Part shown: positions 50,042 to 61,162 of the stretch, piece by piece
Layout of the letters: each line of letters opens with the position of its first letter
How positions within the stretch are numbered: the first letter of the stretch is position 1
Program-made: the position numbers and the translations under genes
From: Lama guanicoe
Lineage: Eukaryota
Direction of reading: 5' to 3'
Length of the DNA stretch: 64,000 nucleotides
Assembly (NCBI GenBank): GCA_013239625.1
Contig: MU053934.1
Span: 11,999,413 to 12,063,412, forward strand
Notes under the pieces: generated by a model
What the model saw: only the letters and a program-made list of their open reading frames with translations
Database searches by the model: none
Told to the model about the DNA's origin: nothing

Positions 50042-50425
50042 CTCATTCTTTTTGAACATGTTACCTCCTAAAACCTCATCTGAGACGGAAGAGCTGGGAC
50101 CACAAGGGAGGACCCGCCCTGAGGCGCAGGGTGCAGGTGCCGAGCTGGAGTTTACACCTTTCAGTCCGGGAGGCGGCGGCGTGCAGCCTAAAAGCAGCTC
50201 CGCGAGGCAAGGGGCAGGTCCACGTCCCACGGTCACAAACAGCAGTCAGTCTGGATGCTAAACAGCACTGTGGCCAGCGTCACCCTGGGCAGTGGTGCCA
50301 GCCCCTGGTTCTCCTGAGCGGCGGGCAGCGTGGACGGGGCCCTCTGGGCACACATCTGCGGTTCTCTGGCCGTTTCCGCGGGCCATCCCACTGTCAGCAT
50401 GCCTGTGAGCGCCAGGGTCCTCTCC

Positions 50426-51159
<734 letters not shown>

Positions 51160-52720
51160 TCAGGCCGAGCCAGAGTTCTCACCAAGCGGGCACAGGGGAC
51201 CTTTCTCTCTGAAATCCCGCCCAGAGGCCAATTTCCAACTCACATGAGACCTTCCAGTGTCCCCATCATTACTTAGTTCAGAGCACAGCCTCCAGGCTGA
51301 CCCTGCGCAGCCCAGGGCGTGGTGGAGCCAAGAGGATCCGCTGCGCAGGCAGAGGTGTGAGGCCCACAGGGACCAGGACACTCACCGTCTGTCCTGGACA
51401 GCAAGGTCGCTGGCCCTGTAAACTCAGGCTGGACCCCTGACCAAACTCAGGCCCGGCCCCTCAGCACGGGCACTGTCACCCACCCTGCTAAGACACATCC
51501 TTAAGCTCCACACCTTTCCCATCCGCGTGAGGCTGCGCCCCTGGGCGGCCAGCCCGTGTGCTCCTGCCAGCACCTGCGTCCGCACGGGCAGTGACTCTAG
51601 AAACTTTGGGATTACAAATCCTCTCTCTGCCCTTTGAGTGCAAACCCGCCACCTGACTACTTCAAGGACCTAGGACGACTCTCGGAGGGCCCACAGCCTC
51701 TGCCAAAGACACGAGCACGTGCCCTTCTCTCCTCCGGGTGGGAAGACAAGGCAGATCCAGGCCCAGTCCCGCGACTGGCCCGCTGCTCCAGCCCCCAGCG
51801 TTTGGAGGCCTTGTGTTCAGAGGAAGCTGACTCCAGGTCACACAGGACCCTCCCCCAACGCAGCTTACTGCTGAACACAGCCCACACTGCTCCCCACACT
51901 GGCTGTGCTGATCCCGACGCCCCCACCTTCCTGTGCAAGGTCCCCACCCCCGGCCTGAGGTCCAGTCTCTGCCGGGTCTGTGCCCTCTGAGCGCTGGGTA
52001 CCCGGCTCGCCCACAAGGAGTCAGAGCAGCAACCAGCAAGCACCTCAGCCAGGGGCCAGGGGCCAGGGCAGCGCCTCCTGCCTGACAGGTGTTCTCTGGA
52101 AGGCAGGGCAGACGAGGGGCCACCGCAGGGCCACCGGCCGAGGTGCTGCGTCAGCCTCCGGTTCCCATCACAGCAAGTGACCTGTGGCCCTGCTCCACAA
52201 GGAGTGGCCGCCCCGCCCACAGCCTGGGCCTGTCGCTCGGTAGCCCCTGCCCCGCCCCCTCGGGCCCCGAGCCGTGGCTTCCACATGGTGCAGAAAGGAC
52301 CTCACCAACCTTCCCTCTCCTCCGGCCCATCCACCTGCCCGGACAAACACTCTGTCCCTAAACCCTCCACCTGACTGATCCGCTGACCACACAGGGCCCA
52401 ACACACTGAGCTCCCTACCTGGCTGCCCTATGCCCCAGCCAGCGTGTGAGCATCCTTCCTGAGTGACCAAGCCCTGTACAGTTAGCACAGCCGTGTTCCG
52501 TGTGGAGACTCGCATCCAGACGGACAGAAGACAGGACCAGGCAGAACCCCTGGTCGGCGCCTGGTGGGTCTTGGCCTGGCCTTGGCCCAGCGCCGTCACC
52601 ATGGAGACACCAGGCTGCCTTCCTTGGACACAGGCGCCCAACTGAACACGGTGTACCTTCAATCTGCCCCTTACGAACCAGTGAAGCCATCCCAGGGGAC
52701 CGGGAGGTGGCGGCACTCAC

Positions 52721-52944
52721 AGGCGGGCGCAGCCCCTGGCAGCCACGATGTTGAGCAGGGGGAAGGTGTAGATGATGAACCGCAGCTCCTTATGCGGGAG
52801 GAGCGAGTACAGGGCCACAGAGCCCAGCGCCGGCAGGAGCAGCGCCACAGCCCTCCTGTCCCCTGCGCCCAGCGGCACGAGGAGCAGGCTGCAGCCCAGG
52901 CCGCGGGGCAGAGCCGAGTAGAAGTACCACAGCAGCGGGGAGGT
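52721..52944 (-). CDS. ALG12: ALG12 coding exon 6 (224 nt)
   Basis: [74 protein letters not shown](L), containing the GT22-family HKELRF motif; gtgagt donor. Confidence 0.95.
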
Positions 52945-53368
52945 CTGCGGGCGGGAGGGTTAAGGACACCACACGCCAGCCAGTCACATCCCCAGGATGC
53001 GAGAGCCAAGAGTGGCACGGGAGGCAGGGCCCCACAGGCGCCCCCTGGGCGGTGACCCTGCACCCGCGCCAGCACCCGGGGCCACGGACGGCGGGTGGGG
53101 CCCGCGGGGCCCTGTAACCTCTCCCGCATCATCTCACCACGAAGGGCGACAGGCGCCTTGGGGATTCATCGCCGCCTCCTGTCTGTGGGTGTCTAAACGT
53201 TCACAACAGAACGGTCAAAGACAGCGGATTCTCAGGAGGACAAAAGGAGAAGCGGGGTCTGTGCAAGCCAGGTGGCAGTTCCACGTGGAGCAGGACCTGG
53301 CCCAGGAGGGGAGCGGCCCTGGCTCCGAGCTGCCCGCAGGCTGTCTTACAGAGATGCCGGAAGGATAC
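52945..53368 (-). other. ALG12: U12-type (minor spliceosome) GT-AG intron of ALG12, 424 nt
   Basis: 5' site GTATCCTT (plus-strand aaggatac 53361-53368); branch site TCCTTAAC (plus-strand gttaagga 52959-52966) close to the CAG acceptor (52945-52947). Confidence 0.92.
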
Positions 53369-53472
53369 ACCCCAGTTGGAACTTTTGTTCAGGACGGTGT
53401 TGTACCAAAGCACTTTTCCTTCTGGCCACACAAGGTATCCCCAAAAATAGGAGTCCACAGCCACCGTCAGTC
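53369..53472 (-). CDS. ALG12: ALG12 coding exon 5 (104 nt)
   Basis: (G)[34 protein letters not shown]; ends at a U12-type donor GGT|gtatcctt. Confidence 0.95.
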
Positions 53473-53799
53473 CTGGGGAGACAAGACTCCCTTAGGGAAG
53501 GACACGGCCACCAGGGAACTCAGGCCACGATGAGTCCGGGTCCCAGGAGAACGTCCCCCTGAAGTACCTCCGTCAGCACAGAGACCACGGGCCACCAGCA
53601 GCTCCACCTGAAGGAGCTGAGGCATCGGGCCCTCCATCCCCAAATGAGCAGCTTCATGTGGGTCCATCGTGGCCACCCGGCCTGGCCAAGGTGCCACTGG
53701 AGACCCCAGGCAGCCAGGGTCGGGGGTGCCTCATGGGGGACACTTGGGCAGAACAGTAAGAACGTTAAGACATCTTAATACCACTGAAGGTTAAGGTAA

Positions 53800-53956
53800 T
53801 TTTTGGTTTTGTTTTGAGTTTTTTGTTGTTATTTTGCAGGGGAGGTAATTAGGGTTATTTATTTACTTATTTACTTAACGGAAGTACGGGGCACTGAACC
53901 CAGGACCTCGTGCATGCTAAGCACGTGCTCTACCGGCTGAGCTAACCCCCCACCCC
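53800..53956 (-). mobile_element. tRNA-Ala-derived SINE (vic-1 type) in an ALG12 intron
   Basis: ggaagtacggggcactgaacccaggacctcgtgcatgctaagcacgtgctctaccggctgagcta with the shared tail ggggaggtaattagggttatttattt. Confidence 0.85.
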
Positions 53957-54027
53957 TCTCTCTCTCGTCTTTGCAAAACGACAAAGCCCAGGCTCCGGTC
54001 AGCGCAGCCCCAGCGACCCTCACTCAC

Positions 54028-54222
54028 CCAAGCAGAGGATCCCGGCCGGCACAGCGCAGCGCAGGGCCCTGGCCACGGACACCCGCCCCGAGCAGAGCAG
54101 CAGGAGCAGCGCGAGGCCCAGGAGCAGGCTGAGCTCGGCCCTGAAGACCAGGATGGCAAGCGCCGAGAGCCGGATGAAGCGGGCCCACTTCTGCTGCAGC
54201 CAGGCGGTGAGGGCCGGCAGGA
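54028..54222 (-). CDS. ALG12: ALG12 coding exon 4 (195 nt)
   Basis: (V)[64 protein letters not shown]; cag acceptor, gtgagt donor. Confidence 0.95.
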
Positions 54223-54886
54223 CTGCGGGTGGGGGCACAGGTGCAGGAAAGCCACTCAGAACCCTTCGGAGACAGCAGGACCCACCGACACCAACGCCCT
54301 CCCCCAGCTGGCCCACATCCCGCCCCACTGCACAGAGGCCACTCTGCAGCCCTCGTGGGCGCAGGCCCCTGACGCCGATGTCCACCCTCTCCTGCTGGCC
54401 CCCACTTAGCACTTCTGCCCTCACCTCTCCCGCCACGTCCCTCAGAGGTCCCTGCTCCAGGCGTGGGGAGGGCCAGGCCTCCCTCAGCTCCTAGAGCACC
54501 ACAGCTCCCCGATCCACCAGGGCACCCCTAGAACCCGAACAGAGCTGCCCCGCCTGCTCTGCACGTGGCTTTCCTTCCTCCCAGGCTCACTGTCCACAGA
54601 CCAGCTCAAGTCACTCGGCTGGGTCACTCAGCCCTAGAGGACCCCACGGCCCCAGGGCAGATGTGCACCCACCTGCGCTGAGCCGGGAAGGCAACCCTCA
54701 GTCACTGAGGACAGAGCCCCGCTCCCTCACGGGCCTCCCTGCCCAGCACTTCTGAGCCGCGCACACAGTGCAGAGCAGCTTTCAACAGGCAGACACCTCA
54801 ACGAACGCCACGCGCCTGCAGCCTGGCAGGTGTGCCCAAGCCCAGCACGGGGAGCAGCCCCTCCCCCTTGACAGGACAGGACATAC

Positions 54887-55060
54887 CCACAGCCAGGGCC
54901 AGCACGTTGGGGAGCGTCCGCGTGCAGTAGAACATCAGGTGGAACTGCGAGGCCGTCACCCAGCAGAACATGGTGGCCACCGTGGCCCCGAACTGCCGCC
55001 TCACTTCTTTTTGTAAGGTCCAGAGCCCGGAAATCACGCCAAGTCCAAGGACGGCCCTGA
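54887..55060 (-). CDS. ALG12: ALG12 coding exon 3 (174 nt)
   Basis: (V)[57 protein letters not shown]; cag acceptor, gtatgt donor; phases match the neighbouring exons. Confidence 0.95.
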
Positions 55061-55169
55061 CTGAACAGAGACGGTGCCGTGTGCCACAGCAGTGCGCGGT
55101 GCCGCTGGGCCCGGGGGATGGCAAAGCAGCCCCCAGAGAGCCCACTCGCCTGGGTACAAGGATGGGCTG

Positions 55170-55612
55170 GCCTATCAGCCACAAAAACGGGATGAGGCCA
55201 CGCCAGCAACATGGACAGACCTGGCGGTCGTCCCACTAAGTGAGGTGAGCCAGAGACCGACAGGTACTGTATGATATCACTTATGTGTGGAGTCTAAAAA
55301 GTGACACAAATGAACCTACTTACAGAACAGAAGCAGACTCACAGACACAGGAGACAAACTCGTGGTCGCCAAAGGGGAAGGTGAGGACAGATAAACTGGG
55401 GGTTCGGGATTTGCAGATACAAATCACTGTGTATAAAGTAGATAAACAAGGTCCTACCGTATAGTATGGGGAACTATATTCGATACCTTATAATAATGTA
55501 CAACAAAAAGACATAAAAATACATACGCGTGTATGTATGTGTAACTGAATCACTGTGCTGCACACCTGAAACTGACACAACACTGTAAAGCAACTACACT
55601 TCAAAAAGAAAG
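55170..55612 (+). mobile_element. L1 3' end in an ALG12 intron (antisense to ALG12)
   Basis: caacatggacagacctgg..ctaagtgaggtgagccagagac..atatcacttatgtgtggagtctaaaaa..tgtaactgaatcactgtgctgcacacctgaaactgacacaacactgtaaagcaactacacttcaaaaa. Confidence 0.85.
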
Positions 55613-56657
55613 GTGTGCAAAGCAGATCATAGACTAAAGGGCATTACCTTGAAGTGACAGTATCTTTTCTTACTCAAACTAGTGACAAGAAGGTGAATTT
55701 CTTCATTTTGCGGTTGACTTGCTACTAACTTTAGGTGTGGCGGGCCACCTTTCAAGTCCTCTCACACTGTTTATTTAACAATAAGCACTCTTAAAGCTGT
55801 CAAAACAAGTATAAACGGCTGGGCGTAGGGGAAAAGCAGCTGGACCCCCACAGCCCGACCCTGAAGCTGCGCTGTGACTGGCCGCTCCGGGTCAGGGGCT
55901 CCCAGGCGCTCGGCTGCTGGGCAGGGCAGGACTGGCCTGCAACAGCAGCCCCGCCACCTGGCTGACACCTCCAGGGCCACGTTTCCCAACCCCCGAGGCT
56001 CAGACGCGGCCTCAGTTCTCCAGTCCAGGGCCGCCCGGCGCCCCGACACAACCAGGATAGCCCGTCTAGCTGCCCCAGAGTGATGGTGGACTTCCATTTC
56101 CTCGTCTGTCCAGGAACTTGGATTTTTCAAAGCTCTACGCACAGGCCAGATAAACCAGCCATAAGATGTGTTTGGCTCGGCTGGGAAATCCAAATATGGT
56201 CTGGGTACAGATGAGATAAAAATTTACTGGAATGGGAAGATGGCAACTGTTGGCTAAAAAGGAGGCTGCAGAGCAGTATGTACAGAATGTTTGAAATTTG
56301 GTTTAAAAAAATTTGTGTGGGCACAGGGAAAGTTCCAGAAGGACCTGCAGAGAGCCCATTGGTGGCAACCTCTGTGCGGTGAAATGTGAGGCTTCTGTTC
56401 ACAGGATGGGGCTCCCCAGGCGGCGCTCCCACCTGCCCCTGCACCGGCCCAGGGAGGGGGCCCGTCACCCCCACCGCAGCTGCAGGGCACAGCCCAGGGA
56501 AGGCTGCCATCTGAGCCCAACTCTGAAGCACTCCGTGCAGGAGCCAGCACAGCCAAGATCCCAACAGATGGATGCTCCTGTGTGAGGGACCCTCCACCTG
56601 GGTGACCAGTCATGGATGACACAAGTTCATTCTGTCTTCATGGGAAGACCCCCTTAC

Positions 56658-56790
56658 CTGCTAGCTGAGAATAAAACTTGGACATTTCCAACAGGGAGAG
56701 CACATAAACCGCAGGGCTGGAGAGAGCCGCAATCACCACCGGCCCAAGGAACGTCCTGGGGACCACTCCAGGGAACTCGAGGTGGTCATA
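56658..56790 (-). CDS. ALG12: ALG12 coding exon 2 (133 nt)
   Basis: cag|TATGAC..., [44 protein letters not shown]; donor CAG|gtaagg. Not in the ORF track; read manually. Preceded by a 69-nt intron. Confidence 0.95.
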
Positions 56791-56859
56791 CTGCGGGAAG
56801 AAGGGAGGGTCAGCGGGCCCCGGGCATCAGGGGACAACGCGCTCGGATGCAGGCCTCAC

Positions 56860-57027
56860 CTTCCCCACGTCCAGCTGGTGGTAGAGCAGGTCGTGCACAG
56901 CCTGCAGGTTGAAGCTCTCCTCCACCTTTGTGTAGGGGCAGATGACCAGGTGCAAGGCAGCCACAGCCACTAGCAGCCCCAGGAGCCAGCGCTGCCCACC
57001 CAGGCCCGGCGGCTTTTTCCCAGCCAT
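56860..57027 (-). CDS. ALG12: ALG12 alpha-1,6-mannosyltransferase, coding exon 1 (168 nt)
   Basis: [56 protein letters not shown], with the hallmark [13 protein letters not shown] motif; donor AAG|gtgagg. Confidence 0.95.
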
Positions 57028-58876
57028 TCTGCGCTCCAGCCTCACAGGCCCTCATCCACTGTCCGCACCACCGCTCTCCGCGTTCGGAAACAAGATGCAG
57101 GTTCCCAAGCTTCAGAACTCACACCAGAGTTAACATCCAGGAGGTGTGCGTGAATGCCGAGTGGGAGTCCTCCCAATTGCGGGAACTTCTGTAAATCTGA
57201 AAGTACGTCAAAACAGGACGTGCAAAGAAAAATCACACTCCAGAAGCTCTTACTTTAACTAGCTACCGTATGCTTCAAGCTGTGTGAATACTTTCCCAGG
57301 ACTTTGGCTGCAGAACCCAGCTCTAGTCCATTGCCCAGCGGGGCCCCAGGTTTGCACAACCTCTGGAGGGCGGCAGGATGACACCCCGACCCGCTCGGGA
57401 AGCTCCAATCTGGCAGGAGGTAGGAGAAAACCTGGGCTTGGCCCCCGCAGTGGCTGCAGTAGAGTGGAGGGGGGGGTGCATCTGGAGGACAGAGGGGCAG
57501 CCTGGAGAAGGCAGGAGGTGGGACACAGGGCCCAGGGCATCAGCAAAGCCCTGCACACAGGGGACAGTGAGATGGGGCAGTGGACGCCTGCCCTGCCACG
57601 TTCTAAACTTCACCCCAGGAGCCACGTGGAGTCCCAGGGAGCTCAACAAAAACAAGTAGTGGTAAAAAGCCTGTGTTCTAGGGGGTGCGGGTGCAGGCAG
57701 ACGTGCCTGCAGGAAACCACCCAAACCCCAACAGGACTTTGGGGGGCACCCCATGGCACGAAGCTTCCTGGGAAAACCATGGAAGTGTCCAGGGCAGGTC
57801 CTACTCATGGGAGGCCAAGAGCTTTCAGTTTGGGGCGGGTGGAGTTGGGGGAGACAGCAAGCTCTTTTTCCTGGCTTTTCTTAAAACAGGTTTGCTTTTG
57901 TTTGATCAAAATCAGAAGGACCAGAAGCAAAAGGACAAAACCACGGTGCTTCCCGTTTGTTGAAAGTACTTTTTGGGTCGAGGGAGATTTATGAAGTCTG
58001 TGCTCTCCACAGATAGCAAGTGGGGGATTCAGAAGTGCGGTGAGAAGGGAGGGGAGTCGTGTCTGGTACAGCAGTGGTGGCGGGGAGGTGGGGGAAGTAC
58101 GGGGACAAAAGGGTGGGCTCTGGGCACCACAGCAGCGTCCACAGTGCTGAATGAAAAGGCGCCTCTGTCTCCCCTGCTGGGCTCTCGTCCTGACCACTGC
58201 TGTCTCAGCAGAGCCTGGTGCACAGATGCCCAACAGACTAGCTGAAGAGGAGATTCAGTAAAAAATCTTCAACGTGGACGTCATCACACAAGCTTACACT
58301 TACATTAAAAGTACGTCAGTGCTTTAAGGTCCAGTAAAACCAAAGACACCACAGAACTTTCATATTCAGCTCCCTGTTCTTCTTACTGTTTGAGGTGAGA
58401 AAAAGTTGAAGGAAACAGGAAGCACCTATGAAACCAAGCTTCCGCAGCAGGTGTGCCAGTGCTGCCTGGCAGGAACCGGACAGGGGCTCGCAGCTGCCCC
58501 AGGTCAGCCAGGAGCCGGCAGCCCTGCAGACCTACAGGCGAGAACAGACCACGACTCCAGCAAACGTAGTTTACAGAACGGTGCGTCTCAGGTTAGGGAA
58601 GTCCATTTGGATCCTAAGGTCCCTACTGAAACTGGTCAGATAATGCTCACCTGATTAATCCCCGGCTGGAAACACAAACCATCTGGCGCACATTAGGCCA
58701 GCCAGAGGCCAGAGAAAACTTCCTACCCTTGTACTTCTTCCTTCGGCAGTTACACCGCACTAAAACCCAGGCAGCGCTCATCTCAGTTCTCCTGTGTAAA
58801 CCACGGGTTCCAGAGCCAGCTGCCTCAGGCACGTGGGGAAACAGATTCCCGGGCCCCCAGAGACATGCTGATGAGG

Positions 58877-58990
58877 CCCCAGGGGAGCAGCCTGACCCCA
58901 GGAGAGGATCCCGGCTCCCCAGGGGAGAAGTCCGAACCCCCAGGGGAGGAGCGTGACCCTCAGGTGAGCAGCCCGAACCCCCGGGGGGGC
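58877..58990. repeat. Degenerate tandem repeat of about 21 bp (5-6 copies) on the ALG12 side of the promoter
   Basis: ccccaggggagcagcctgacc / cccaggggagaagtccgaacc / cccagggggaggagcgtgacc / ctcaggtgagcagcccgaacc. Confidence 0.65.
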
Positions 58991-59366
58991 AGGCCCGGAG
59001 ACCGTCCCGCGCGGACACGCAGGGTGAGGCCCGAGGAGCGCTGCGACAGCCCGCCCCGATACCCCGACAGCCCCAGCCGCGCGTGCTGACCTCCTCCGCC
59101 CACGGCGCTGTCCCCTGAAGCGCGGCCGCCGGGGCTGCCCTCGGCCGGAAGCGGGGCGGTGGAAACGGAGAACAGAGGCGACGCCCTTGCCCGATCCTAA
59201 CATGGCCGCGGAAGCCCGGCTGCCGTCCCGGCGGGCACCCCGCCTGCCCGGAGTAAAGATGGCCGCCGAGGGCGGTGCTCGCGAGGGGCGGGCTCGGACC
59301 GCCACGCCTCCTGCGTCCACCCCTCCCGGCGGGACGCTGACCCGGGGCCTTCCTATTGGTCGCTCT

Positions 59367-59385
59367 CGTGGCGAGCTCGGATTGG
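59367..59385 (-). promoter_or_regulatory. ER stress response element (ERSE, CCAAT-N9-CCACG; NF-Y plus ATF6)
   Basis: Plus strand CGTGG-cgagctcgg-ATTGG is an exact reverse-complement match with a GC-rich 9-nt spacer. An ERSE controlling the CRELD2-ALG12 pair is known from mouse. Confidence 0.9.
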
Positions 59386-59590
59386 GCCACATGAGGACCA
59401 GAAGACCAATAGCGGCGCGAGGCCTGGCGCGGGGCGGGACCCCGGCCGGCGTCGTCAAGTAGCCCCGGGAACGGCCGGCGCTGCGGAGCCGGTGGGCGGC
59501 CGGAGGCCGGATCGCTCTGCCGGTTCTCGCCGGACCTTGGCCAGTGCCCGCGCGACCGCGCCTTCGCAGCGCTGTGCGCCTCGGCCCGCC

Positions 59591-59719
59591 ATGCTCCCGC
59601 GGGCCCCGGCCGCGCTGGGGCTGCTGCTGCTGCTGCTGCCGCCGCCGCCGCCCGGCGAAGCCACCAAGAAGCCGACGCCCTGCAAGCGCTGCCGGGAGCT
59701 GGTGGACAAGTTCAACCAG
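59591..59719 (+). CDS. CRELD2: CRELD2 exon 1 (129 nt): signal peptide and CXXC motif
   Basis: gccATG; MLPRAPAALGLLLLLLPPPPPGEATKKPTPCKRCRELVDKFNQ; donor CAG|gtgggc. Confidence 0.95.
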
Positions 59720-59771
59720 GTGGGCGGTCACCGTGCAGGGACACAGAGCCGGGGGTGGGCTAGGGTCCCCT

Positions 59772-60068
59772 CACCATGGACCTGGGTCACCCCCATGATG
59801 GACTGGGGTCACTTCCTCCATGAACCTGAGTCACCACGCCGTGGATCCAGAGTTGCTCCACTGGAACTGGGGTTACTCCCTCTGTGGACCCAGTGTCAGC
59901 TCACCATGGACCGGGGTCGCCCCTGCTGTGGAACCGGGGTTACCTTGCCATTGACCCAGGGTTACTTCATCACGGACCGTGGTCACTGTGCCATGGACAG
60001 GGGCCACTGTGCAATGCGGTAGAGTCACCCCCGCCGTGGACTCAGGTCATCTCGCCGTGGACAGGGGC
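59772..60068. repeat. Degenerate minisatellite of about 21 bp, about 14 copies, in CRELD2 intron 1
   Basis: Units resembling yrCCrTGGACynGGGTCACy, e.g. caccatggacctgggtcacc, caccatggaccggggtcgcc, cgccgtggactcaggtcatc. Confidence 0.85.
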
Positions 60069-60109
60069 GAGGCAGCAGTGCTGAGCTCTGTGCCGCCCTC
60101 TCCCCGCAG

Positions 60110-60192
60110 GGAATGGTGGACACAGCAAAGAAGAACTTCGGCGGTGGAAACACAGCTTGGGAGGAAAAGACACTGTCCAAGTACGAGTTCAG
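60110..60192 (+). CDS. CRELD2: CRELD2 exon 2 (83 nt)
   Basis: GMVDTAKKNFGGGNTAWEEKTLSKYEF(S), with the CRELD WE-domain motif GGGNTAWEE; cag acceptor, gtgagc donor. Confidence 0.96.
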
Positions 60193-60731
60193 GTGAGCAG
60201 ACTACTCTCACCCGTCTGGCACCTGCCTCTGGTGCTTGAGGTGTCCTGGGAGCGCTGACAGACACAGAGGGGTGCTTTGACACGGTCACAGTCACCTGGC
60301 CTTGCCTGGGGCTGGGACTGGTGTGCTGGCCCTGACTAGCCTTTTGGCTTGTCCCACCCACTCTCCACACAACAGACACGGTGGTCTTTTAAAGACACAG
60401 ATGGGGCTAACCCCCTCCCCCACTGCCACAAGCTTGGGCTTCCTCCTGCCCCTCTGCTGGGCTTCCTTTGGTAGACCCTGACACCTGATGTCCCAGCCCA
60501 AGGATGGACAGGCCTCCCTGAGCACCCCTGCCCTCCACATTTAATTCTCTGCCAGGTAGTGACTACCCCCAGCTGCAGCTGGGGTGTTTGTTAGGGTCTT
60601 TTTTCACTAAACTGCCACCGTAGTCCTGGCCTGGCACCAGGCAGGGCCTCAGGACGTCATTGTAGAGTGGGCAGTGAGCACCAAGGCGCACCTTCCCCCG
60701 GCCTCACGGCACTGACGGCCTTGTGTTTCAG

Positions 60732-60842
60732 CGAGGTCCGCCTCCTGGAGATCGTGGAGGGCCTGTGTGGGAGCAGCGACTTCGAGTGCAACCAGCTGGT
60801 GGAGGAGCATGAGGAGCATCTGGAGGCCTGGTGGCTGCAGCT
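60732..60842 (+). CDS. CRELD2: CRELD2 exon 3 (111 nt)
   Basis: EVRLLEIVEGLCGSSDFECNQLVEEHEEHLEAWWLQ(L); cag acceptor, gtgagt donor. Confidence 0.96.
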
Positions 60843-61070
60843 GTGAGTCCCTCGCTTCTGAAGTCGAGTCAGATTTAGAGACGTCAGAGCAGTAGGAGTT
60901 CCCGCGTTCTGGTCTTTCATTCCCGGGGTGCAGTGATCTTGACGAGATTAGCGAGAAGTGTCTGCTTCCCAGACCCCGGGATATTCAGGAGCACATTTTA
61001 CGTTCAACTGAGTTTTTGTTTAAGGACATCTGTTGTGTGAGATGTAGTGAACGCTTTTTAAAACCCATAG

Positions 61071-61162
61071 GAAGAAGAAGTATCCTGACTTATTTGAATG
61101 GTTTTGTGTGGAAACACTGAAAGTTTGTTGTTCTCCAGGAACTTACGGGCCAAACTGCCTGG
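61071..61162 (+). CDS. CRELD2: CRELD2 exon 4 (92 nt)
   Basis: KKKYPDLFEWFCVETLKVCCSPGTYGPNCL; tag acceptor, gtacgt donor. Confidence 0.95.

Larger units (their letters stand above)
58950..59760. promoter_or_regulatory. Bidirectional CpG-island promoter shared by ALG12 (-) and CRELD2 (+)
   Basis: CpG-dense with head-to-head genes. CCAAT boxes at 59355-59359, 59381-59385 and 59406-59410; GC box at 59431-59438; YY1-like AAGATGGCCGCC (59256-59267) and AACATGGCCGC (59199-59209); ETS-like CCGGAAG (59145-59151). Candidate ALG12 non-coding exon 1 donor GAG|gtcagc at 59091/59090. Confidence 0.9.

Noticed and set aside
55620..55815. AT-rich non-repeat-looking block in an ALG12 intron as a possible snoRNA or other ncRNA
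   Set aside because: No convincing C/D or H/ACA box arrangement or terminal stem by eye; an Infernal/Rfam scan would be needed.
58647..59731. 247-aa and 317-aa minus-strand ORFs over the bidirectional promoter
   Set aside because: R/G/A/P-rich CpG-island artefacts, partly antisense to CRELD2 exon 1.
59772..60068. CRISPR-like repeat array
   Set aside because: Eukaryotic intron, degenerate tandem units with no unique spacers, and no cas genes.
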